This document shows positions 24,511 to 38,779 of a stretch of 64,000 nucleotides of DNA, in pieces. Both the position numbers and the translations under genes were made by a program. Each line of letters opens with the position of its first letter. Position 1 is the first letter of the stretch. A model generated the notes under the pieces. It worked only from the letters and a program-made list of their open reading frames with translations. It ran no database searches and was not told the origin of the DNA. Source of the DNA: Octopus sinensis (lineage: Eukaryota); NCBI RefSeq assembly GCF_006345805.1, contig NC_043000.1, positions 150,722,001 through 150,786,000 of the forward strand. The letters are read 5' to 3'.

Positions 24511-25050
24511 GACAATGGAGCAAAGTGCAGCCCCTGGCCTTGCCAGCTCCTGTCAAATTGTCCAACCCATACCAGTATGGAAAGTGGACATTGAGTAATG
24601 ATGACTGCATGTTTTTGTTTTTCATGGCAACAGCACTAGAGAGGTCACTTTGTAACTTACAAGACCAATGGGTTGGACTGTTTGGCAGGATCCAGAAAGT
24701 CCAAAGATTGTATCTTATTCCAATTTCTGTTTTGGCATGGTTTCTACCACAGGCGACCCTTCTTAATGCCAACCACTTTACACTGTGTACTGAGGGCTTT
24801 TTCTTGCACCAGTTGGCATGCAACCTGTAAGACTAAAATCCCCTAAAATCATGAGTAGGGGCTATAATAGAAAGAAAGAGAGAGAAAGGTGGCTTTATGC
24901 TATGGAATGATGGTAGAGGTGAGGGGATAAAGGAGAGGTGATTACTGACAGAGGAGTTACCCTGGCATTGCAAACATCCTCCTATCCCGTGTTTCAGGAT
25001 TTGTCTGGTTCTTTGTGGCTTATAGCCCCCAATATACACAGTACTTAATT

Positions 25051-25261
25051 ATTTCTTTACTACCCACAAGGGGCTAAACACAGAGGGGACAAACAAGGAC
25101 AGATATCGACCCCAGTGCGTAACTGGTATTTAATTTATCGACCCAGAAAGGATGAAAGGCAAAGTCGACCTCGGTGGAATTTGAACTCAGAACGTAACAG
25201 CAGACGAAATACAGCTACGCATTTCGCCCAGCGTGCTAACGGTTCTGCCAGCTCGCCACCT
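25051..25261 (-). mobile_element. tRNA-derived SINE (family C) with an internal deletion
   Basis: Homologous to 8575-8804; TSD tatacacagtactta at 25033-25047 and 25262-25276. Confidence 0.8.
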
Positions 25262-25890
25262 TATACACAGTACTTATACACAGTACTTAATATCTCCTTA
25301 TCTATACCCTTCTGGTTCCATTGTAACTTTATTTGCTTCTTGTCTCGTTCCTTGTCTCTTCTCTGTCTGGGCCAGAGTCTTCTACTGACTTCTTTTTCCC
25401 TCTGCTTTGTGATTATAACATCTTTGGACATTATACCTCTGACTACCCATGCTACAGTTGCTACTCACCCAACCACCCTTCTCTTTCTCCTCACTCTCAT
25501 TGGCTCACATGTATTTCTTGAGTATTTGTTCATGCTGCATGTCTAAATTTTCCATATTTTAACGAACCATCTGATGATGCTATCTATAATTGATCTCATC
25601 GATTATAATTTCTAATTATTCATTGACCTTAATTATTGGTCACGGAAATGTTTGTAATGGAAATGGAATAGATTAAATACTAACAACTTACTTCCTGTTA
25701 TTCTCTATGTGCATTTTGTACTACATAACAACCCTTTATTGTAAGCATTTTCCACTACTGAACTATGTAGCAGAGGGGGTTTAATGTAGATAGTATTCAG
25801 AGCGACAACCCCCTACAATAACTTGTCATGCACCTAACATGTCTATTTCCATTATATATTATATTATATTTATTTTGTGTGTATGTATAT

Positions 25891-25933
<43 letters not shown>

Positions 25934-26202
25934 TATATATAATGCTTCCTCTCCTCTCAAAAGTCTTTTTTTGTTCTTTTTTTTGTCTTGCAAGGTACTT
26001 GGTGACCCTATCATTGCGAGTGGCACTTAAAGGCACCTAGTCCACACTGTAAAGTGGTTGGTGTTTGGAAGGGCATCCAACTGTAAAAAATCATGCCAAA
26101 ACAGTTACAGAAGTCTGGTGCAGACTTCTGCCTTGCTAGCTCTTGTCAAACCGTTCCACCCAATCCAGCAGGGAATGTGGATGTTAAATGACGATGATGA
26201 TG

Positions 26203-26255
<53 letters not shown>

Positions 26256-26917
26256 TAGGCATAGAAGTGCTTGTGCCAGTGCCACATTAAAAACATGTAG
26301 CATACTCTTTAATGTGGTTGGCATTAGGAAGGGCATCTAGCAGACTGAGACCTGGTGTAGATCTCTGGCTGCCAGCTCTGAGTGGATTTGGTAGATGGAA
26401 ACTGAAAGAAGCCCTGTCTCTTTCTTTGTGTCTGTCTTTGTCCCTCTTGACAGCTGGTGTTGTTTATGTTCCCATAACTTAGCAGTTTGGCAGAAGAAAC
26501 CATTAGAATAAGTACCAGGCTTAAAAAAAGAACTCCAAACAAGTACTGGGGTTGATTCATATGACTAAAAATTCTTTTGGGTGGTGCCCCAGCATGGCAA
26601 CTATCTAATGACTGAAATGAGAAAAAGACAAAAATATATATAATATATCATCACCATCACCCGTTTTATACGGTTGTGAGAAGATTCATTGAAGCACAAT
26701 TTTCTACTGCGCTATGTTCTTCCTGTCGCTATCCCTCGCATTTTACCAAGCATTGTAGAACTTGTCTTTAACATATCCATCATCATCAATCGTTTGAATG
26801 ATGCTGGAGTTTGTTTTTCAGTTATTGTGAGATGCCAGGAGCATGAGACACCCCCTTCTCTCTCTTTGACCCCTCCACACATATGTGCATATACATGCTA
26901 TATTATACACACTATAT

Positions 26918-27676
<759 letters not shown>

Positions 27677-27799
27677 AATGTGTTTATATATATATGTGTG
27701 TGTGTGCATTTATATATATGTATCGCATATATTTACGTATGTATGTGTGTGTGTGCGTGTGTATATATATATATATATATATATTATGTGCGTATATAT

Positions 27800-28165
27800 A
27801 CGAGCTCGTGTTTTCCATGTTAAAAGTTAAGCCCACCTCTGACCTTGCATTGAATAAGCATTTCCTTAGAGACTATTCTATCAATTTCGATGAAATTTTA
27901 CACATGAAAATATGCAAAAGCTGCAGGAAAAATAACATCATTATGGGAATTTCCATTCAAACATCCGACTGAGTTCACAAAAATCGATGCTAATTGAGTA
28001 TTATCGAGTTTTCAAAAAATTTCGGCCTTATTTGAACTTCAGGGCATATGATCTACCTATGTGCCAAAAATCATTGAAATCGGTTGGACGGTGTGGGAGG
28101 AGTTGGAGTAACCCCAAACACACATACACAGACTGACACCGTTACACATTTATATATATATATAT
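27800..28165 (+). mobile_element. 3' part of a HINE/DINE-1-like non-autonomous rolling-circle element
   Basis: tgtgccaaaaatcattgaaatcggttggacggtgtgggaggagtt...cacacatacacagac...tttatatat matches the general 3' layout of these elements. Confidence 0.4.
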
Positions 28166-28262
28166 ATATTCTTATATATTTATATATGTAGATATATATC
28201 TTAGATATTTATATATATGTATAGGCTTATATATATATATATATATGTGTGTGTGTATATGT

Positions 28263-28598
28263 GAAGGCACATGACTCAGTGGTTGGAGTGTCGAGCTTAT
28301 GATCGTGAGTTTGTGAGTTCGAATCCCGGACCGGGCTGCGTGTTGTGTTCTTGAGCAAGACACTTTATTTCACATTGCTCCAGTTTCACTCAGCTGTAGA
28401 AATGAGTTGCGACATCACAGGTGCCAAGCTGTATCAGCCTTTGCCTTTCCCTTGGATAACATAAGCGGTGTGGAGATGGGAGGCTGGTATGCATGGGCGA
28501 CTGCTGGTCTTCCACAAACAACCTTGCCCGGACTTGTGCCTCGGAGGGTAACTTTCTAGGTGCAATCCCATGGTCAATCACGACCAAAGGGGGTCTCC
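28263..28598 (+). mobile_element. tRNA-derived SINE (family D)
   Basis: A-box tgactcagtggttgg and B-box gagttcgaatccc, followed by gtgttcttgagcaagacacttt, a typical post-tRNA SINE domain. Confidence 0.75.
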
Positions 28599-28755
28599 CC
28601 CTCCTATGTGTATATATATGTTGATAACATGTGTATATGTATTATTAACAGTATACTGTATGCTGTTTACATCAAAGGAATTTTATAAACTTTTGAGAGA
28701 ACGTGAACTAATTCATTTTAAGAACATCTCTTGAAGCATACAATATTTAATAATA

Positions 28756-28801
<46 letters not shown>

Positions 28802-28805
<4 letters not shown>

Positions 28806-28834
28806 GTATTTATTTTTGTGTGCATGTAAATATA

Positions 28835-28867
<33 letters not shown>

Positions 28868-29100
28868 ATATATATATCTTGGATTTTGTCCTTTTTCCTC
28901 TTATATTGTATATACGTGCTAATTTGGGAGCCTAATACAGATCCCTAGTTCCAGCCTCAGACATGAACTTGGAACCTACTGGATGACCACTTATAGCACT
29001 TACTCAGCATACCTATTCATTTAGATCACCAATGGACTATGCCCCTCATACTCTTTCGTTTACTCTCTCTCTCTCTCTATCTATCTATCTGTCCCTCTCT

Positions 29101-29197
<97 letters not shown>

Positions 29198-29281
29198 ACA
29201 CACATACATGCATGTTACAAATATATCAGTAGATTGATATATAGATGCGCATATCTGTACAAAATTATGAGTGTATATAGT

Positions 29282-29315
<34 letters not shown>

Positions 29316-30193
29316 TATATGCTCACATAAATATGTGTACATATGTGTGTGTATGTATGTTTGTGTGTGTATATCATCACCATCATTATCATCATTTTAA
29401 TGGCTACTTTTTCATGCTTGTATGACTCTGATAAAATTTGCTGAGGTAGATTTTCAGTGGTTTTATCGTGTGCTAAAACAAAGAGTTGGTTTTCACAGCT
29501 TATTGGTTACTCCTCAGAAAAGATATACTCAGTTCCTCTTGGAATCAATTGCCTAAAAATAATCTCCTACTAGATAAGGTATCCATAAATTAGGCTAGCT
29601 CATAGTAGGTAACTTAATTTGTATATTTATGCTTCTGACAGCTAGTCACTAATGCAACAATTGATTCTTTTGTTGTGCAAAAATGTTCATGAATGAAAAG
29701 TTAGATAAATATCACAAAGCTAGCTGTGGGTGAAGTAAGAATATGAACACATTCATTCTATACTTTTGACGTGTGATTAAAAGAGTGATTGGATGAATAT
29801 TTTATGCTATTGATTGAGGAAGTAAATATGTACATCTTCACTGAAAAGCTGTCACAACATACATATGTATTTATATAATATATATATATATATAATGTAT
29901 TTATTTTTGTGTGCATGTAAATATATGTGTGTGTGTGTGTTGTGTGTATGTGTATATATATATATCTTGGATTTTGTCCTTTTTCCTCTTATATTGTATA
30001 TACGTGCTAATTTGGGAGCCTAATACAGATCCCTAGTTCCAGCCTCAGACATGAACTTGGAACCTACTGGATGACCACTTATAGCACTTACTCAGCATAC
30101 CTATTCATTTAGATCACCAATGGACTATGCCCCTCATACTCTTTCGTTTACTCTCTCTCTCTCTCTATCTATCTATCTGTCCCTCTCTCTCTC

Positions 30194-30284
<91 letters not shown>

Positions 30285-30366
30285 CACACATACATGCATG
30301 TTACAAATATATCAGTAGATTGATATATAGATGCGCATATCTGTACAAAATTATGAGTGTATATAG

Positions 30367-30409
<43 letters not shown>

Positions 30410-30975
30410 TATATGCTCACATAAATATGTGTACATATGCGTGTGTATGTATGTTTGTGTGTGTATATCATCACCATCATCATCATCATTTTAATGGCTA
30501 CTTTTTCATGCTTGTATGACTCTGATAAAATTTGCTGAGGTAGATTTTCAGTGGTTTTATCGTGTGCTAAAACAAAGAGTTGGTTTTCACAGCTTATTGG
30601 TTACTCCTCAGAAAAGATATACTCAGTTCCTCTTTGGAATCAATTGCCTAAAAATAATCTCCTACTAGATAAGGTATCCATAAATTAGGCTAGCTCAATA
30701 GTAGGTAACTTAATTTGTATATTTATGCTTCTGACAGCTAGTCACTAATGCAACAATTGATTCTTTTGTTGTGCAAAAATGTTCATGAATGAAAAGTTAG
30801 ATAAATATCACAAAGCTAGCTGTGGGTGAAGTAAGAATATGAACACATTCATTCTATACTTTTGACGTGTGATTAAAAGAGTGATTGGATGAATATTTTA
30901 TGCTATTGATTGAGGAAGTAAATATGTACATCTTCACTGAAAAGCTTGTCACACATACATATGTATTTATATATA
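28802..30975. repeat. Tandem duplication, unit about 1091 bp
   Basis: taatgtatttatttttgtg at 28802 and 29893; unique sequence duplicated throughout. Confidence 0.93.
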
Positions 30976-31628
30976 TATATATATATATAATACATACATA
31001 CACACATTCACACACCTACATAGTTCATAGAAGAAATCCAGATATCCTCCGTATAGAATACACTTAATAGTACTCAAGAGATTCAAACTGGAGCAGGTAT
31101 AGAAGTAAGTGTAGAGATAAGCAAGTTAGACAGAGCAAAAGTATATTAGTTAGATGAAATGCAAAAAATGCATATATGCATGCTTATAAAAAGATCCGAC
31201 TTACACAGAATACAAATGATATAGAGAATTAAAGGGGCTGAAGAAAAGTATTGCAAATCCAACAGCTGTTTCTAGGGGTTCGATGGTCCATAATGATGTT
31301 TGTAGATTGATTCCATTATAGGATGAGATGGTTGTGAATCCAACCAACTAAGGGATAGTACCTATCTAATATACTGCTGGTAGTGTGCCCAATTATTAAT
31401 ACCCAAGTGCTGGTTATTGCATGGCAATTTCACTAATGAGCATAATATATATACATACACATATATACATATATATATCCATACATATATATACATACAT
31501 ACATATATATATATCTGTGTGTGGGACTTTGGGCAAGTGTCTTCTACTGTAGTCTCAGGTCAACCAAAGCCTTGTGAATGGATGTGATGGATGGAAAGTG
31601 AAAGCAGCCCATCGTGTGTTTGTGTGTG

Positions 31629-31683
<55 letters not shown>

Positions 31684-31841
31684 GTGTGTCTGTGTTTGGT
31701 CCCCCACCATTGCTTGACAACTGATGCTGGTGTGTTTACATCCCCATAACTTAGTGGTTCGGCAAATGAGACCAACTGATTAAGTACTAGGCTTGTTATG
31801 AATAATTCCTGGGCTTGATTTCTTTGACTAAAACCCTTTAA

Positions 31842-32036
31842 CCTTTTTGATGCCAACCCAGCTGAAACTGCCTCTGGCTCTGTGGTACAAATGTCTTGTT
31901 TTGAATTAAAATCTTCCACTAAACCTTCGTCACAATTTATGTTGCTAACACTGGCTTAATGATAACTAAGTTATTTTACTAAATTCTTTGTATATTTGAG
32001 ACACAAGAGAATCTCAAAATAATGGTAACAAAAGGG
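31842..32036. mobile_element. piggyBac-type MITE, family A, opposite orientation, inserted into a SINE
   Basis: TTAA on both sides; removing the MITE rejoins the SINE sequence gactaaaaccctTTAAggcagtgctccagcatgg. Confidence 0.8.
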
Positions 32037-35000
32037 TTAAGGCAGTGCTCCAGCATGGTTGCAGTCATGTGACTGAAACGAATGAAGAATGAGAGAACAC
32101 CCACTTCGAACAATGAACATTTGTGCCCAAATTTACACTTAAGTATGTAGTAATTGAGCATGTGATTAGGAGAGAAAAATAATTAGTTTCTCTATGACTA
32201 ATAGATTATTATCTGAATAGAACTAGTTCCCTTCTGTCTTTCATGATTTTGAAGAATTATAAATCAGTTGTTTTAAAAGCTTGAGTTTCAAACATGCCTG
32301 CATCTCTCTCTTTCTGTCTGTGTGTGTGTGGGGGGGGTGATGGTGGGGGTGGTGGTGGTTTGATTGATGTTGGGGGTTGGATAGTGAATAGTATTTGTTT
32401 ATGAAATTGCTGGTCACTATACTGTGAAATAGTCAGGTGTGTGAAGAAAGTGGATGTTGGGGAGAGCAAGGAGAATGGTACTGAGGACGGCACTAAAAAT
32501 GGAGAGAGAGGGAGAGATGGGGACTAACTATAATTTGCAATTCAATGCATAGATATTGGCAGACCTGCCAAAGGCCATTGCGATCCTCCGACAGTTGGGG
32601 GAAAGTGAAGAGGAAGAGGAAGAGGATGGCATCAGCGAAACAAGTAAAGAAAGTAAGATAAACCATGTGGGTGGCAGCAATGGTGGTGGTGGTGGTGGGG
32701 GGGACATGGAAACAAGCAAGCACACGCTTACACACACACACACACACACACAGAGGATAAATGGTGTAGAAGACACTGTAGAAGCATCAATAAACGCAAA
32801 ACAGTTAGTTACACTTGTTTTTCTAAAGATATATTATTAACATTGTTTGAGTTTGGTATTTAATCATCATCATCATCGTCATCATCATCATCATCATCAT
32901 CATTATCCAGAAGGGGGGGCGTGCTGGATGGTAAACTAAGAACAGCTATAAATAAATAAAGAATAATTAAAATAATTGTTGTGATCAACATTATTATCAT
33001 GGTTCAGTGGAGCGTTTTGAAAATGGTTAAATAATATCAAATGAGGATATATCTTTTCTCCTATTTGTTACAGTCATTGGGCTGCAACTAAGCTAGAAAA
33101 CTGCCTTGATAGGTTAAGCCTAGTGGTCCTCAACTGGAGGGCCATTTGACCTTTGGGGTTCAGTATAAGATTTATTTGTTAAAAATTTATCTGCAATAAA
33201 TAAGTTATATTTCTACAATACACAAAATATTTTAGGAATATGTTATGGAATTCCTATGTAAAAAGCACCCAGGGTGGTTGGCATTAGGAAGGGCATCCAG
33301 CTATAGAAACCTTGCCAGATCAGATTGGAGCCTGGTGTAGCCTCCTGGCTTGTCAATCCTCAGTCAAACCATCCAACTCATGTCAGCATGGAAAGCGGAC
33401 ATTAAACGATGATGATGATGATAATGATAATAGGATTTTTTTTAAAGCATTGAAGGGTTATGAGTGTCCGCCTGAGTAAAACTGTAATCAAAGAGGGTCC
33501 ATAGGTAAAAATAAAAAAAAATAAATGACTGAGAGGCACTGTTTTAGTTGAACAAATCGACTCCAGTAATTATTATTTTTTTAAAGTTGGTACTTATTCT
33601 GTTGGTCTCTTTCGCTGAACTGCTAACTTATGAGGATGTAAACAAACCAACACTGGTTGTCAAGTGATGGGTGGGGAAAACACACACACACACTCTCTCT
33701 CTCTCACAGACACAGACACACACACACACACTGCCTTAGTTTTCATCTACCAGATTCACTTGAAAGACATTGGTCAGTGGAGGGCTATGGTACAAGACAC
33801 TTGCCCAAGGTGCCATGTAGTGAGATTGAACCTGAAACTCTGCAGTTGCAGAGTGAGCTTCTTAATCACCCAGCCATGCCTGCACCTATAGATATATGTG
33901 AAAATTAAATAATTTTTTTTTTTTAATATAGGTGAAATTAAAAACTTTATAGCCATCAATTATTCTAATAAATTTTAAGGATAAGTTTTGAACATATAAC
34001 TCATAAATCATATAGACAAGAATTATAGATATGAAGACTGTTTATTCAAATATTGTTAAATTGTCAAATTTCAATGACAAAACCTAATGCAAAGGTAATT
34101 CACAGTTGGGTTTATAGAAGCTTTTAAGGTGTTAAACAGGGAAAATATATTAAACATTAATACTACCATAGTTACTAATAATAATGGTAGTGATATCAAT
34201 GTTACTAACTCTAATTGTAGCTATAGTTTATATATTGAGAGATAATGAGAAAAAATTGGAATATGAGAATTGGGGCCACTAAAGTGTTTTTTTTTTTTTT
34301 TTTTTACTGTACAGGGGTATAAATGAAGTATGGTTAATGTGGTGAAAGCTAATATTTGGGAAAGACAATAGTTCCATATGTACCTATATACATATACATG
34401 ATCATGTTTGCTTATACATAGACACATATAAGCTTTCGTATATATGCTTTCACACATGCATGTGAGTGCACACACACACACACACATACGCACGTTTGTT
34501 TGAAACTATGCAGGTATTGAATGTGAAATTATGCAAGTATTGATATTTGCAAAGGAAAGTGTGATTTTAATATATTGCACAATTATGAGAACTATATGAG
34601 TCAAACACAAACCAAATTAATAAACATCAAATCAAGGAATTCTCCAAGTGACGGATATTTTGACATTTTTGCAAATGGAAAATTAAAAACGTTTTTCCAC
34701 TTTCCAAAATGCAGTCAGAAAGCGAACAATTTTGCAAAGTAAAAGAACATTTTATGAAGATTTTCAATTTGAAACCAAATTAGAAATAAATACTGGTAAT
34801 TGCTACCAAATATAGTCTTACTGCCTGAAGAACTGATATGATGACTGAAAGAGCTAACAGTTATATTTATTATTCATAAAGATTGTCAATCTATTTAAAA
34901 ATTTTTTTAAATGTCAAAGTTTCTTTCTTTTTAATTTGAAAAAATGTTTTTTTTAAAAATATTGTGACTGTATTAGGAACTTTCTTCTGTTTTAAATACA

Positions 35001-35222
35001 CATACACACATTCATACTCACGCAAAATCCACAATGAAATTTTGCCCCAGCATTTGGGATGGTACTGATGCTCCATACACACATACACAGACGTCTTAAA
35101 TGATATTGAATGAAAGGCAACCTAGATGATTGGCATGAAGATGCTTGCTAACACACTCTGATATATAATGTGTGTGTGTGTCCGTGTGTCCATGTCCATG
35201 CGCATGTGTGTGCATGGATATA

Positions 35223-35635
35223 TACTCTCTTTACTCTTTTACTTGTTTCAGTCATTTGACTGTGGCCATGCTGGAGCACCGCCTTTAGTCGAGCAAATCG
35301 ACCCCGGTACTTATTCTTTGTAAGCCCAGTACTTATTCTATCGGTCTCTTTTTGCCGAACCGCTAAGTGACGGGGACATAAACACACCAGCATCGGTTGT
35401 CAAGCAATGCTAGGGGGACAAACACACTGACACACAAACACACACACATACATATATATATATACATATATATGACAGGCTTCTTTCAGTTTCCGTCTAC
35501 CAAATCCACTCACAAGGCATTGGTCGGCCCGGGGCTATAGCAGAAGACACTTGCCCAAGATGCCACACAGTGGGACTGAACCTGGAACCGTGTGGTTGGT
35601 TAGCAAGCTACTTACCACACAGCCACTCCTGCACC
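35223..35635 (-). mobile_element. tRNA-derived SINE (family A)
   Basis: Reverse-complement copy of 9021-9473. Confidence 0.85.
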
Positions 35636-36843
35636 TATATGTACATGTATTTAAATTAAATGGAAATTTTCTGCAAGATTTTGATAATTTGTAATTTATT
35701 TCAGATAGCCAAAATGAATTTCTCAGACCATTATTATTATTTATTCTGTCTTAAATCATTTCAACCTATGAAATCCATTCATATGTTATGCTCTGTTGAA
35801 CTCTAGTAGAGTTACAGATTCTGTTTTTGACCTTGATGGTATTTATGCTCAATTTACTGCATCAGTTTATGTGAATTATTGGTTATCTTTGGAATTAATT
35901 ATATAGTGGATTATCATTGAATCAAATTTTGTTATTAATATTGTATCTAATTATTTTGTTGTTTAATGTTGTAGCTAATCAAATTATTGGTTTAGTATTG
36001 CATCTACTTATGTTGTTGGTTTCCGTGATACCCAGTAGTATTGATATTTGGCATCGGCCCAAGGCTACAGATTCATAGGTGAAGGGTCTAATCAATTAAA
36101 TAACTCCAGCATTTGCCTGGTACTTATTTTATTGTTCTCCAAGGGATGAATAATAATAAAGATAGCTTTACTAGAATTTGAACTGAAGATATGAATAGAC
36201 GCAATCAAATAAAAGGCATTCAGTCCAGTATTCTACCATTTGTGCTACTTTTATTCTGCAGTAATTCTGTCACCGTCAAATGGTATTACTTAAAGTATTT
36301 CCAGAATGAAACAATCATATTAAAAGAAATAAGAAGACACTGATTTGTATGGAAAGGATATTTTCGTTGTTATTATCATTGTCATATCACTGTAGATTGG
36401 GTCTTCAGAGTTCCTTGTGCCAGATTCCTGGCTTTAACATTTCCTTATTTTCCTTTAGGCATTCCATTAGCTAAGTTCCAGAAGGTAAAACAGGATTTTT
36501 TTTACCCATCATACCTGTATACAAATATGTTTCAAATGAGAGGTGCTAACTGATCTATCTGAAGGAAGAAGTTGATTGAGTTGATAATAATGTTCTAATA
36601 ATAATAATAATAATAATGAAATTATTGTATACAGTACTCAGGTGTATACTTGATACTTGTTCTATCAACCCTAGCAAGATGAATTAGCCAATCATGGTGG
36701 GATTTGATCAGAAAACGTAGAGTGACAAAGCTGAATATTGTGAGGCATGTAGTCCAGTCTTCTACTTTTTATGATCTGTTGCTGTCCCCTTTAACTAAGG
36801 GCATCTAGAGTACCAGCAACTCTTACCAGTTGGAATTTAGTTG

Positions 36844-36896
<53 letters not shown>

Positions 36897-36897
<1 letters not shown>

Positions 36898-37241
36898 ACA
36901 ATTGCAGCGTGGAAGGTGTTTATAAGCCATTTAAGAAACACACAAAAACCGTTAGATTCACTTCAACATTTAAATTTAATTTGTCAAAATATTTTTGTCG
37001 CTTTGAGATCGCGACCTGTTCGCTGACAAAACTTCGTGCTGCATCTCAAAGTTTTGTCAGTGAACAGGTCACAGTCTCAAAGCGTCGAAAATATTTTGAC
37101 AATTTAAATTTAAATGTGGAAGTGAATCTAACGGTTTTGTGTGTTCTTAAATGGCTATAAACACCTTCCACGCTGCAATTGTTTTCGTTCCAGCACACAA
37201 TCACAAATCAAGTCACTCGCTATGCAAGTACATCTCCGTAA
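36897..37241. mobile_element. Fold-back MITE, left terminus replaced by (TA)n; tandem copy 1
   Basis: Arms of about 140 bp around a short loop; ends gctatgcaagtacatctccgtaa|TA. Confidence 0.75.
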
Positions 37242-37246
37242 TATAT

Positions 37247-37288
<42 letters not shown>

Positions 37289-37302
37289 ATATATGTATAT
37301 AT

Positions 37303-37647
37303 AACAATTGCAGCGTGGAAGGTGTTATAAGCCATTTAAGAAACACACAAAAACCGTTAGATTCACTTCAACATTTAAATTTATTTGTCAAAATATTTTT
37401 GTCGCTTTGAGATCGCGACCTGTTCGCTGACAAAACTTCGTGCTGCATCTCAAAGTTTTGTCAGTGAACAGGTCACAGTCTCAAAGCGTCGAAAATATTT
37501 TGACAATTTAAATTTAAATGTGGAAGTGAATCTAACGGTTTTGTGTGTTTCTTAAATGGCTTATAAACACCTTCCACGCTGCAATTGTTTTCGTTCCAGC
37601 ACACAATCACAAATCAAGTCACTCGCTATGCAAGTACATCTCCGTAA
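37303..37647. mobile_element. Fold-back MITE, tandem copy 2
   Basis: Same sequence as 36897-37241 at offset 406, differing only by single-base indels in the positions compared. Confidence 0.7.
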
Positions 37648-38779
37648 TATATATATAATATGCATAACATTTTAGATTCAGAGGTGACTGTATAACATTC
37701 ATGTCTTTTTCAAGACTACGAACCATATATATAAAGTGAAACGATCGCAGATGAAAATCAAAACTGGTTCATGATCCTTGTTTGAAGACTATTCCATTTT
37801 CTGTATACCTCCAAAGCATACATATTCGATACCATATTGTAACGTGCTCTTTCACTTGTATATGATGATAAAAAGAGCATGTTTTGAGAAAATTACTATC
37901 TCTATTCAAGTGGCACACTCTTTGTCACTGTCTACTAAATTGAACATAGACTCTCTCTCTCCCTCTCCTTCTCTCTTTCTCTCTCTCTCTAACTGTATGG
38001 TTCTCTGTCTAGGATTATATAAAGCATTTTAATATATGCTCTTCCAAGGTTAATATGCTTCACCGTTCTAGGAAGATTAACAAAAAAATTTTCCAAGGAT
38101 GAAAAGGTTAAAAAAAAAAAAACGGTTTTATTGGTGCTTTTCTATAAAGATTACTTTCCATAAAAAAATGTTTTCAAGTTGAAAAAAGAAAAGAGATTTC
38201 AATTTTGACAATTCCTTTTATAATCTGAAGCTGAAATCATGGAATATTATGTATAAGGAACTAAATAATTACAGAGAGCTGAAGATTAATTATCCATAAA
38301 ATAAAAGTAATGTTTTTTTTAAATGCTGCAGTTACACATATCATTTTGTACGTTATTCAGCATTTGTATAATGTATCTCTGTACTCTTTGGAAAGAGTTG
38401 AGATTGACATTACTGTAAGGAGACACGAGGTGAACTACAGTAAGCTATCGAATGAAGTAGGCGAGCAGTTTGAAGGGTTTTCTTTTTAAAGATCAATCTT
38501 GAATGTGTGGTAGGAAAGAAAATTTAGACCTTCAAAATAAGGTACTCAAACATGTGTGTGTGTGTGTGTGTGTGTGTATGCATATATATACATGTATATA
38601 TATGTATGCATATATATACATGTATATATATATGTATACATATATGCATGCATATATATATGTAAATATATGTATGCATATATATATATGTATATATAAT
38701 TTCATATGCATATATGTATACATTATATATATGCTTACATAAATATATATATATGCTTATCATCATCATCATACGTCCG

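Noticed and set aside
32556-32840. ORF MADLPKAIAILRQLGESEEEEEEDG...
   Set aside because: Composed of purine-rich and (GGT)n/(CA)n low-complexity sequence; no domain or splice support.
36459-36484. 26-nt candidate micro-exon (tttag|...aag|gtaaaa)
   Set aside because: Weak donor, no homology, and frame-shifting length.
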